From positions 1,306,743 to 1,370,742 of the forward strand of contig OZ241325.1 of the NCBI GenBank assembly GCA_965200025.1: a stretch of DNA of 64,000 bases, written 5' to 3'. The position numbers were made by a program, and so were the translations under genes. Source of the DNA: Bdellovibrionales bacterium. GTDB taxonomy: Bacteria; Bdellovibrionota; Bdellovibrionia; Bdellovibrionales; UBA1609. A model generated the notes under the pieces. That model saw only the letters and a list, made by a program, of their open reading frames with translations. It ran no database searches and was not told the origin of the DNA. Below are positions 39,737 through 48,310 of the stretch, in pieces (the first letter of the stretch is position 1; every line of letters begins with the position of its first letter).

Positions 39737-40171
39737 TTATTTCACCTCCAGGCCCATGCTTTGGCTGGTGCCTTTCACCTGAGAGATGGCAGCCTCAACC
39801 TCCAGGCCATTTAAATCCGGAAGCTTAAGACGGGCAATTTCCTCAATCTGCTTTAAGCTGACTGTCCCCACCTTGTCTTTTTGTGGCTGGGCAGAACCAC
39901 TTTTAAGCCCTGCTGCTTTTTTTAAGAGAACAGAGACCGGCGGTGTTTTGGTAATAAAAGAAAAAGACCGGTCCGAAAACACATCAATCACAACAGGGAC
40001 CACAGTATCACCCATTTTTTGTGTACGGGCATTAAACTGCTTGCAAAAATCCATAATGTTAATACCGTGCTGCCCCAGGGCCGGCCCCACAGGAGGGGCA
40101 GGATTGGCTTTGCCTGCTGTAATCTGTAGCTTCACCTGAGAGACCGTTTGTTTTTTTTGTTTTGCTGCCAT
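39737..40171 (-). CDS. rplK: 50S ribosomal protein L11
   Basis: [34 protein letters not shown] signature. Confidence 0.95.
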   Translation of the reverse strand: MAAKQKKQTVSQVKLQITAGKANPAPPVGPALGQHGINIMDFCKQFNARTQKMGDTVVPVVIDVFSDRSFSFITKTPPVSVLLKKAAGLKSGSAQPQKDKVGTVSLKQIEEIARLKLPDLNGLEVEAAISQVKGTSQSMGLEVK

Positions 40172-40192
40172 TTTCCTTTTGTATCCTTTCTT

Positions 40193-40759
40193 TTATTCCT
40201 CTCTATGTACCTGGGAGAAATCCAGTTCCACAGGTGTGGGACGACCAAAAATACTCACAGACACCTTCACCCGTCCTTTTTCCTGATTGACTTCCTCCAC
40301 AACACCACCAAAGCTGTTAAATGGACCATCAATGACCTTCACATGCTCCCCGGGAGAAAAAGACATCTTCGTTTGTGGATGGCTTTTGTTCTCCTCCAGC
40401 TGATGAGAAATAGCCTCTATTTGTTCTAAAGGCACTTCTGTGGGTTCCCCCTGCTTTCCCACAAAATTCACCACATGAGAAGCACTCTTTATGAGGTACC
40501 AAAGCTCATCGGTCAAGTGCATTTGAACAAATACATAGCCCGGGTAAAACTTTTTAAATTTACTCACTTTTTTACCCTTGACCACCTCAATAACTTCTTT
40601 TTCAGGGATAAGAATTTCGCCCAGCATGCTCTCCATCTGATGATCTTTGACCAATCGGGATATAGCCTCTCTGGCCCGCATCTCACAATGAGACTTGGTT
40701 TTGATAATATACCACTTCAGGGCTTTGTCTGTTGTTTCCACCTGTTCACCATGTTTCAT
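40193..40759 (-). CDS. nusG: transcription termination/antitermination factor NusG
   Basis: NGN domain (KWYIIKTKSHCE) and KOW motif (PGEHVKVIDGPFNSFGGVVEEV). Located in the conserved secE-nusG-rplK context. Confidence 0.9.
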   Translation of the reverse strand: MKHGEQVETTDKALKWYIIKTKSHCEMRAREAISRLVKDHQMESMLGEILIPEKEVIEVVKGKKVSKFKKFYPGYVFVQMHLTDELWYLIKSASHVVNFVGKQGEPTEVPLEQIEAISHQLEENKSHPQTKMSFSPGEHVKVIDGPFNSFGGVVEEVNQEKGRVKVSVSIFGRPTPVELDFSQVHREE

Positions 40760-40801
40760 AAAACTTTACCTTCATCTTAAAAAAAGGTGAAAAAGCCGCC
40801 T

Positions 40802-41182
40802 TTAGGAATCTATCAGAAAGCCCACCACGGCAGAACCCACCAAATCAAACACTCCCAGGGCAGCCCCCGCCAGCATCAAAATCACACAAACCAAAGCTGT
40901 CATGGCCATGGTTTGAGTGCTGCTGGGCCAGACCACCTTGCGTACCTCCACCACCACTTCATTGGCCCACACTCTGACCGATTCCCTCATCTGAAGGGAC
41001 AAAAAAACCACAAAGCCCACACCTGCCGGCAGGGCATGTCTTAACCACTCGTGTCCATAAGCCCAGGCCACCGGCCCCACATAAACAGCCAGAGATTCAA
41101 AAATCAGGCGTGCCACAAAAGCACTTAAAAAAGCCGCCCCCAAAAAGGACAGGGTGATAATTTTCAGGTTTTGATCGGTCAT
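40802..41182 (-). CDS. secE: preprotein translocase subunit SecE (three-TM form)
   Basis: Three hydrophobic helices and the conserved EVRKVVWPS motif. Located in the conserved position between tRNA-Trp and nusG. Confidence 0.8.
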   Translation of the reverse strand: MTDQNLKIITLSFLGAAFLSAFVARLIFESLAVYVGPVAWAYGHEWLRHALPAGVGFVVFLSLQMRESVRVWANEVVVEVRKVVWPSSTQTMAMTALVCVILMLAGAALGVFDLVGSAVVGFLIDS

Positions 41183-41220
41183 ACTGTGTCTCTTTTACAC
41201 CAGAGAAAGAAAAACAAAAG

Positions 41221-41292
41221 CAGGGCAGGAGGGAATCGAACCCCCAATCCACGGATTTGGAGTCCGTTGCTCTACCATTGAGCCACTGCCCT
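41221..41292 (-). tRNA. tRNA-Trp (anticodon CCA)
   Basis: Hand fold: acceptor AGGGCAG/CTGCCCT, anticodon arm ACGGA-CTCCAAA-TCCGT, T loop TTCGATT. CCA is not encoded. Confidence 0.9.
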
Positions 41293-41319
41293 TGGCACTT
41301 TTTATTTCTTTCAGGGCTT

Positions 41320-42504
41320 TTACTCCATAACCTCTGAAACCAGACCGGCACCCACTGTCCGGCCCCCTTCTCTGACAGCAAACTTACTTCCCTTCTCCAT
41401 GGCAATGGGAGAGATCAATTCCACTTCCATAGCGGCATTGTCCCCGGGCATAATCATCTTTGTATCTTTCGGCAAAGCGATAGCCCCTGTAACATCCGTG
41501 GTACGAAAATAAAACTGGGGCCGGTAACCGTTTAAAAAAGCGGTGTGCCTTCCCCCTTCATCTTTGGTTAAAATGTAGCACTCGCATTTAAATTTTTTAT
41601 GAGGGGTGATGGTCCCTGGTTTTGAAAGCACCTGCCCTCTTTCCACATCCTCCTTATTGACACCTCTTAAAAGGCAACCGGCGTTGTCACCCGCCTCTCC
41701 CAAATCCAGCTCTTTTCTGAACATTTCGATACCGGTGACCACTGTTTTACGGGTGTCACGGATCCCCACAATCTCCACTTCCTCACCAATTTTCACACGG
41801 CCTCTTTCAATCCGCCCGGTGACCACAGTCCCCCGCCCGGAGATGGAAAATACATCCTCAATAGGCATCAAAAAAGGTTTGTCTTTGTCCCTGACAGGAG
41901 AGGGAATATGCTCATCAATGGCTTTCATCAGCTCCATAATGGACTCCTCTGCCTTGCCATCCCCTTCCATGGCCTTCAGGGCCGAACCTTTAATAATGGG
42001 AGTGGTGTCACCGGGAAATTTGTACTCTGTCAGTCTTTCACGAATCTCCATTTCCACCAGCTCCAGAAGCTCTGGGTCACTGACCTGGTCACATTTGTTC
42101 ATATAAACCACAATGGCCGGAACCCCCACCTGACGGGCCAGAAGAATATGCTCACGGGTTTGAGGCATGGGACCATCTGTTGCAGAAACCACCAAAATGG
42201 CACCATCCATTTGAGCCGCCCCTGTGATCATGTTCTTGACATAGTCGGCGTGTCCCGGGCAATCCACATGGGCATAGTGTCTTTTTTCGGTTTCGTACTC
42301 CACATGAGCTGTGGATATGGTGATACCACGCTCTTTTTCCTCAGGAGCCTTATCAATCTGATCATACTTCATGACCTCTGCCCCCCCTTTTTTGGCCAAA
42401 ACAGAGGTGATAGCTGCCGTTAAAGTGGTTTTGCCATGGTCCACATGGCCAATGGTACCCACATTGATATGTTCTTTGTTTCTTTGAAATTTTTCTTTCG
42501 CCAT
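41320..42504 (-). CDS. tuf: elongation factor Tu
   Basis: Unambiguous ([25 protein letters not shown]). 394 aa. Confidence 0.98.
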   Translation of the reverse strand: MAKEKFQRNKEHINVGTIGHVDHGKTTLTAAITSVLAKKGGAEVMKYDQIDKAPEEKERGITISTAHVEYETEKRHYAHVDCPGHADYVKNMITGAAQMDGAILVVSATDGPMPQTREHILLARQVGVPAIVVYMNKCDQVSDPELLELVEMEIRERLTEYKFPGDTTPIIKGSALKAMEGDGKAEESIMELMKAIDEHIPSPVRDKDKPFLMPIEDVFSISGRGTVVTGRIERGRVKIGEEVEIVGIRDTRKTVVTGIEMFRKELDLGEAGDNAGCLLRGVNKEDVERGQVLSKPGTITPHKKFKCECYILTKDEGGRHTAFLNGYRPQFYFRTTDVTGAIALPKDTKMIMPGDNAAMEVELISPIAMEKGSKFAVREGGRTVGAGLVSEVME

Positions 42505-42731
42505 TTGAATTTTCTCCTCTTTTTGTGGTTTTTTTGCCTTTTTTTATGCCAAGGTGCATAAACACCACACCCCACCGGCCCAAAAAAAGACGCTTTTTTT
42601 GTATATTCAGCTTTTTTTAAAAATGCAAGCCTTATTTTCTATTTTACTTTTCAGACTTTGTCCACTGTCTTTTTTATCCCATTATAAAGGGGCAAAAGGG
42701 GGGCAAAACCTGTCAAAGTTTCAGACAGATC

Positions 42732-43601
42732 TCAAAAAAACAGCTGTTTGAGGGCCTGTTTCCAAAACAGACAACGGACCCCCTCCACCTGTTGATCTCT
42801 TCTTTGTTGTGACCACAGCTGGGGTTCGCATTCTGAAAACCAGTCTTTTTTAAACCGGCACAAAGATTTGATATGTGTTTTTTGAACATACTCTGTGGAT
42901 TTGATTTCCACCAAAACATCTTTTTTCCCTGGTCGTTCTATAATCAGATCCACTTCATTTTGATCTTTGGTCTTGAGATAATAAAAATTAAAGTCTTTTC
43001 TGAGGTATTCATTCAGGTAAAAGCATTCCAAAATCATTTTATGCTCAAAAGCCTGACCATAAGTGTATGTGCTTTTCAAAAGTGGTAAGCTGGTGTGTGC
43101 CTCCAGTGCCCGTTTAACACCTGTGTCAAAAAAGTAAAATTTTGGAGACTGGTTTTGTTGTTTCCGTACAGATTTATGGTAACTGGGGAGAAAAAAACCA
43201 AGAAGGGTGTCTTCCAGAATGGAGAAATAGTTTTTCACTGTCTTGTCATCGGCTTTAATGTCCCGGGCTATAGAGGAATAATTTAAAATTTGCCCATTGT
43301 GCTGGGCCGCTATTTTGAGAAAGTTTCTAAAAGGGTTGAGTTTTCTGATGATCTGCTCAGAAATTACCTCTTCTTTCAGATAAGTTTGAACATAACTTTT
43401 TAAAAACTCTCTTTTATCTTTCGGATTTTTTTTATTCACCACTTCAGGAAGAGTGCCAAATTCCAGCATGGAATCCAAATGGGTTTTTGTATCGAGTTCA
43501 AACACAGAAAAAGGGAAAAGATAATAGAGTGGAGTTTTGGCATTCTTCGGATCATAATCCGAAATTATCCGATATTTTCGGAGTAAAATCCAGAACTTTT
43601 T
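42732..43601 (-). pseudogene. 5'-truncated AAA-ATPase / DUF4143-family gene remnant
   Basis: The C-terminal two-thirds are intact (NPFRNFLKIAAQHNGQILNYSSIARD..., PKFYFFDTG, EVDLIIE). The frame stays open 33 codons upstream of the GTG (…TPLYYLFPFSVFEL, the end of the AAA domain) without any start. The Walker-A part is absent, and the neighbouring gene's stop abuts at 43621. Confidence 0.6.
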
Positions 43602-43620
43602 TTAAACTCTTTAAAAGATT

Positions 43621-45696
43621 TTAAAGAAACAAAGGCATACACAACAAGGCCCCTGCCAGCCCGGAAAGGCCTGCGAGCCTCTTCTTTGAAGCCTGGTTTT
43701 CTATTTGCTTTATGGCAGCCCGGGCCTCACTGCTTTTATATCCCTGTTTTGCAGCGGTTTGATACCATTTTTTAATCAATTCCTGCTCTTTGTCGGGGTG
43801 ATTCCATTGGCTTGAGGAGGTGCGGTAAGATTCGGCCAAATGGAAGCTTGCGGCCCCGTGGTTTTTTAAAGCCGCTTTACGGTAGTGTACTCTGGCTTTT
43901 TGCAAAGAACGGGGGATGGAAAAAAAACCTTTTTCAAACACCTGCCCCATAAAAAACATCACATCTTTACCATCTTTGGGAAGCCCGGAAGAAGAAACCA
44001 GCTTCCTTAAAAAACTCAAACCACTGCTTTTGTTTTCCTGTTGCTTCCAATATGAGTTATAATGTGTTAAATAAGAGGGATAAGCAATAATACGACTAAC
44101 AAGATCTGAAATGCTTTTCGACGAAGCCTTTGTCTGATAGACAGCATGAAAAACAACGAAAAGGGCAGGAGGATATCCCGCATTCATCATTTGTTTCATC
44201 CACCTCCTTGCAGCATCTGAAAAAAATGATTTTTCCTCCTCTGAGTCAGCCATTAAAACCTCATCCATGAGCATAAGATGGAGTAAGTATTGTGCTTCAA
44301 GCGAATTGTTTAAAGCGGCTTTTTCATACCAGTGTCTGATGAGGTCAATATCTTCAGTATATACGGCAAGCAAGCGGGCCAAAAAAAATTGAGAATCCCC
44401 ATGCCCGCTTAAAGCGGCTTTCTCTAACCATGGTTTGGCTTTGTTAAAAAGTTCTTCTCCCGGTTTTGTACTGTTATCATTTTTTTCCACGCGATACACC
44501 ATTAATGCTGCGTCAGAATGGATCCTGCCCAACCGGGCCTGAGAAGGGGTATGCCCATGCCGGGCTGCCTGCTCATAGAGAACCAAAGCTTTTTCAAAAT
44601 AATCTTCTTTAATTTCCAACCCTTGAGGCATTGCAGTTAAAGTTTGTTCAAAGTTTTTGATTTCCAGGTAGGTGGCATATCTAAAGAGATTCACAAAACT
44701 TTGTGAGGATTCCTCTTGAAGAAAATCCGATAAAAAATCCTTCTCACCGGTGGTTTGATTCATCGGTGTTAAACCACTGTCTGTCCCCAACATCAATGAA
44801 GAGACATAAGGCTTGATATCTTTTGAGGGTATGACTTCCCGTGCTTCGATATATTCCAAATTTCTGAACAAATACTCTTTTTTGGAATCTTTGCTTCCCA
44901 GTATTTTATATTTTTCTTTAAGGGCTTTGTCTGTTTCTTTTATACGTTGAGGGACATCTTTAACATGATTCAGGCTTTTCCACTGAAAGTCTGTGGAAAG
45001 AAGGTCTTTGACAAAAGACACAGGAACAGCCAAAACCCTGTGTTCATGATCTTTCAGGGAAACGGCCAACACATCCCCCGATGAGGAAAGAAGGGGACTG
45101 CCGGAAACCAGAAGTTCTTTTTGAGTGCCATCGTATATATGATAATCACTTTCTGAAAACCTGACCTGCCCCGTTAACATCTCCCCCTCTTGTGTTGCAA
45201 AATTCATGGCATGTAAATACACCTCAGCACTTCTTGTTTGTATTCCTGAAAGATGCGACAAAGAAAGCTGTGGCCCCTCATAACCCTTCACTGTCATCAC
45301 CACCAGTCCCAAAACTTCAGAAAAACTTCTGTAACCCACCACTTCCACAGAAGAAAGCGGATCATATTCATCGATGCTATAGAGATGACCTTGCATACCA
45401 TGTAACTTCAGATATTTGGGATTCAAAATTTTGTCTTCCTGTTTAACCAGATCTATACTGCTAACAAGAGTGTCCTGATTGATAAAAAAACCAAATCTGC
45501 CATCTTCCGGAAGAGATTCTTCAATCGTAATATATGCCACAGCACCAGAGGATTTTTGAACCGCAAGGGGCAAAGGGGCTTCCTGCTTCCCACCCTGGGC
45601 CTGAAGCACCTTACAAACCAAAAGCATGCCTGCCACAAAACAGGGTTTTATGGATTTCAGAATTTTTGTTTTCATAATGCCCTTTTTATAGCACAC
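43621..45696 (-). CDS. secreted protein: degenerate trypsin-like fold + Sel1 (TPR-like) repeats, paralogue 1
   Basis: It has a signal peptide (likely start MKTKIL at 45675). The N-terminal 230 aa parallel chymotrypsin-fold proteases (GFFINQDTLVSSIDLV, VVGYRSFSEVLGLVVMTVKGYEG, VSGSPLL). At least 5 Sel1 repeats follow (YEQAARHGHTPSQARLGRIH, LEKAALSGHGDSQFFLARLL, ...). The C-terminal tail is hydrophobic. Confidence 0.7.
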   Translation of the reverse strand: MCYKKGIMKTKILKSIKPCFVAGMLLVCKVLQAQGGKQEAPLPLAVQKSSGAVAYITIEESLPEDGRFGFFINQDTLVSSIDLVKQEDKILNPKYLKLHGMQGHLYSIDEYDPLSSVEVVGYRSFSEVLGLVVMTVKGYEGPQLSLSHLSGIQTRSAEVYLHAMNFATQEGEMLTGQVRFSESDYHIYDGTQKELLVSGSPLLSSSGDVLAVSLKDHEHRVLAVPVSFVKDLLSTDFQWKSLNHVKDVPQRIKETDKALKEKYKILGSKDSKKEYLFRNLEYIEAREVIPSKDIKPYVSSLMLGTDSGLTPMNQTTGEKDFLSDFLQEESSQSFVNLFRYATYLEIKNFEQTLTAMPQGLEIKEDYFEKALVLYEQAARHGHTPSQARLGRIHSDAALMVYRVEKNDNSTKPGEELFNKAKPWLEKAALSGHGDSQFFLARLLAVYTEDIDLIRHWYEKAALNNSLEAQYLLHLMLMDEVLMADSEEEKSFFSDAARRWMKQMMNAGYPPALFVVFHAVYQTKASSKSISDLVSRIIAYPSYLTHYNSYWKQQENKSSGLSFLRKLVSSSGLPKDGKDVMFFMGQVFEKGFFSIPRSLQKARVHYRKAALKNHGAASFHLAESYRTSSSQWNHPDKEQELIKKWYQTAAKQGYKSSEARAAIKQIENQASKKRLAGLSGLAGALLCMPLFL

Positions 45697-45787
45697 AAGC
45701 AGAAAAATTTATAAAAAAATAGTATGTTTTGAACTTCACAGGGGAACAAACAGGTAAAATTTACACTAAACAAGCACTCCTCAATGC

Positions 45788-45821
45788 ACCCACTTCCCCA
45801 CGCGGGGAAAAGCAAGTGGGT
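45788..45821 (-). other. nested stem-loop immediately 3' of tRNA-Gly(CCC)
   Basis: Outer 8-bp stem ACCCACTT/AAGTGGGT and inner CCCC-ACGC-GGGG (plus-strand reading), 6 nt after the tRNA CCA. No U-tract follows, so its role (terminator or processing) is unclear. Confidence 0.3.
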
Positions 45822-45827
45822 ATCAAA

Positions 45828-45902
45828 TGGAGCGGGAGACGGGACTCGAACCCGCAACCCTCAGCTTGGGAAGCTGATGCTCTACCATTGAGCCACCCCC
45901 GC
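45828..45902 (-). tRNA. tRNA-Gly (anticodon CCC)
   Basis: Hand fold: GCGGGGG acceptor, anticodon arm TCAGC-TTCCCAA-GCTGA, T arm GCGGG-TTCGAGT-CCCGT, and an encoded CCA. The 3' half is identical to tRNA-Gly(TCC) at 48234-48310. Confidence 0.9.
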
Positions 45903-45982
45903 TTATAACCCACCAACAAAAAAGCCTGAACAAAAACAACAAAGAACCTGAATAAAATTCAAAAATCCCCCCTGCCACAACC

Positions 45983-48064
45983 TTAATAAAAAAGATTCAG
46001 ACAAGCCCCCGACACCGAAGAAAATAAAAACATGTTATATGCCCCGTAACCCTGTTTTAACATTTCCTCTTTAAGGTTCTTTTCATAAGCTTTGATTTCC
46101 TCCAAATCAAGTGCTGCTCTTGGATGGCCACCCGCCTGTGCTTTTGTGAGCCATTTTTTAGCCTCTTCAACATTACTCCATGAATGGGAGGAGTGCTGCC
46201 GGTAAGTTTGTGCCAAATCAAACTGAGCCTCTGGATCCCCCTTCAGAGCCACTTTACGATACCACCTTCTGGCCTCCTCCAGGGAGGGAACCACAAAGTG
46301 GCCCCTGTGGTACAGCTGAGCCAAAGTGTAAGACGCTGGAGTGTGACCCTTAAGAGCCAGAAAGATCAGGTGATCCACCACTTTTTTTTCCTCCAGCTGA
46401 AAACGGTCAGGGTACAAAGTGGTCATAATTTTTTTATCAAAACAGGTCCATCCCCAGGTACAGGCCGCCTGGTAAAACACATGGGCTTTTTCATGATTTT
46501 TTTCCACACCCCATCCGTTTCTGTAAAGCTCTGCAATAGCAAAAAAAGCGGGACCATAACCCAAATTAGCCGCTCTTGCCCACCACTGAAGGGCCGCTTC
46601 CGCCACAAAACCCCTGACTTCGGTGTAAGATTTTTTGTTTTCCATTACCAAAGCATCCTTCATATAAAGGATGCCCAGCCTGTAAACCGCCTGAGGCAGA
46701 TCCTGAAGGGCTGCCTTCTCAAGCCAGTGCCTGGCTTTTTCCGAATCTTCATGGATCACAGCCAAAGCCAGCTGAGCGGAAGCATAGCCCTGCTCTGCCG
46801 CCTCTTTATGCCACTTCACAGAGGTTTTTATGAGGTTTGTTTTTTGCTGCCTGTTTAACAGATCTTTTTTTGCCTCATACTCTTTTAAATAAAACTGCCC
46901 CAAATGATACTGTGACAAAACATGCCCCCTCTGTGCCGCCTGTTCAAAATAAAAAATCATTTTTTGTCTGTAAGAATCCCAGGATTCAGAATTTTTAATA
47001 TCCTTTGCCGGGTGATTGACATTTTTAAAATATCCACGATCAAATAAAACTCTGTAGTACATGGTCGCCAGCTGATAAAAAAGAACAGACAAACTCTCCT
47101 GGGAGGGGTTTTCTTTAAGGATGGCGTTAATCAGTCTTTGTTTTTCCGCTATTCCCTCATCAGTGGAGTTGAGTATATAAAAATCCTTATGGGTGGGTGG
47201 TGGGGCATAATCCTTTGAAGCCATTATCAAAAAGGATCCTGTGGGGTCCATCCCCTCCCCTCTAAGGATACCCAAAAACCATCTTGCATAAAGATCGGTA
47301 AAATAATCTTTTTTACCGGGGTGGGGGCTGGCTTTCCGATCCAGCAGCTCCTGATCCTTGTGCCGGATTTTTTTAAACACCTGGTGTATATTTTTTAAAG
47401 TGTGCCATTCAAAATCTGTATCAATCAAATCCTTCAACAAAGACAGGGGAATGGCTTTTACCGACTGACCCCCAGTTTCCCGTTGAAAAACCACAGCCTG
47501 TAAGCTGCCACTGCCAGTTAACACAGGGCCTCCTCTGACAATATCCATTGCAGAGACATACTGATTGGTATGATAACTCCCTCCCCCCATCACCTGCCCA
47601 GTGAGGGTTTTTAAAACACCTTCTTTGTTAAAAACCAGCAGGTAAGATTCCCCATGGCCTGCCAAATAACCAAAATCCTTTTCAAAAGGCAGCACATAGC
47701 CTTCATAACCCTGTACTTTTAAAACAGCCAAATTCAACAAAAGGGAAAAAGACCTGTAACCAACCACTTTCGCATGAGGCAGTCTGATGCCCTTACCACG
47801 AAACAGTTTAAGGGATCCGGTGGGAAAGAGAACCCCATTTTTTTTGTCTGCCACAGCGTCTATACTGGTCACAAGTGTGTTTTTGTCTATAAAAAATCCC
47901 ACCCCTTTTGAAAAGGCGGACGAAACCAAAACCACTGCACTTTGTGCTTGCAGCTTTTTTTCCTGATAAGCCACAGGGTCCATGTCTGAAGCAAAAGTGT
48001 AAGCCATCCTGTAAACAGACAGAATCAAAAACACACTTTTTAAGTAAAACATTTCAAACCTCAC
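45983..48064 (-). CDS. secreted protein: degenerate trypsin-like fold + Sel1 repeats, paralogue 2
   Basis: The architecture matches 43621-45696 (GFFIDKNTLVTSIDAV, VVGYRSFSLLLNLAVLKVQGYEG, VRGGPVL). Sel1 repeats include FEQAAQRGHVLSQYHLGQFY, HKEAAEQGYASAQLALAVIH and LTKAQAGGHPRAALDL. Confidence 0.7.
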   Translation of the reverse strand: MRFEMFYLKSVFLILSVYRMAYTFASDMDPVAYQEKKLQAQSAVVLVSSAFSKGVGFFIDKNTLVTSIDAVADKKNGVLFPTGSLKLFRGKGIRLPHAKVVGYRSFSLLLNLAVLKVQGYEGYVLPFEKDFGYLAGHGESYLLVFNKEGVLKTLTGQVMGGGSYHTNQYVSAMDIVRGGPVLTGSGSLQAVVFQRETGGQSVKAIPLSLLKDLIDTDFEWHTLKNIHQVFKKIRHKDQELLDRKASPHPGKKDYFTDLYARWFLGILRGEGMDPTGSFLIMASKDYAPPPTHKDFYILNSTDEGIAEKQRLINAILKENPSQESLSVLFYQLATMYYRVLFDRGYFKNVNHPAKDIKNSESWDSYRQKMIFYFEQAAQRGHVLSQYHLGQFYLKEYEAKKDLLNRQQKTNLIKTSVKWHKEAAEQGYASAQLALAVIHEDSEKARHWLEKAALQDLPQAVYRLGILYMKDALVMENKKSYTEVRGFVAEAALQWWARAANLGYGPAFFAIAELYRNGWGVEKNHEKAHVFYQAACTWGWTCFDKKIMTTLYPDRFQLEEKKVVDHLIFLALKGHTPASYTLAQLYHRGHFVVPSLEEARRWYRKVALKGDPEAQFDLAQTYRQHSSHSWSNVEEAKKWLTKAQAGGHPRAALDLEEIKAYEKNLKEEMLKQGYGAYNMFLFSSVSGACLNLFY

Positions 48065-48233
48065 ACCTCATAAAGAACACCACAAATACATAACTCAACC
48101 GAAAAGCACAACCAAAAAATATAAAATTCAGGGAAAACACACAGGCATTATGTAATTTTTATATCCCTGTCCAGCAGGTGGTAACAGATTTTCAAAAAAC
48201 AAGGGGGAGTGTTTGTAATCATTTTCAAAACAA

Positions 48234-48310
48234 TGGAGCGGGAGACGGGACTCGAACCCGCAACCCTCAGCTTGGAAGGCTGATGCTCTAGCCAATTGAG
48301 CCACTCCCGC
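48234..48310 (-). tRNA. tRNA-Gly (anticodon TCC)
   Basis: Hand fold: acceptor GCGGGAG/CTCCCGC, anticodon arm TCAGC-CTTCCAA-GCTGA, T arm GCGGG-TTCGAGT-CCCGT, and an encoded CCA. Confidence 0.9.

Noticed and set aside
42681-42716. Perfect TTGACA and TATAAT hexamers on the minus strand upstream of tuf
   Set aside because: The spacer is 24 nt, outside the 16-19 nt range, so I do not annotate it as a promoter. A shorter-spaced alternative -35 box is not evident.
46184-46858. 224-aa plus-strand ORF inside Sel1 paralogue 2, and similar antisense ORFs at 12775-13371, 14027-14494, 41606-42423 and 52579-52911
   Set aside because: Each is antisense to a gene with clear family motifs (Sel1, prs, rplY, tuf, resB-like). 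None has independent support.
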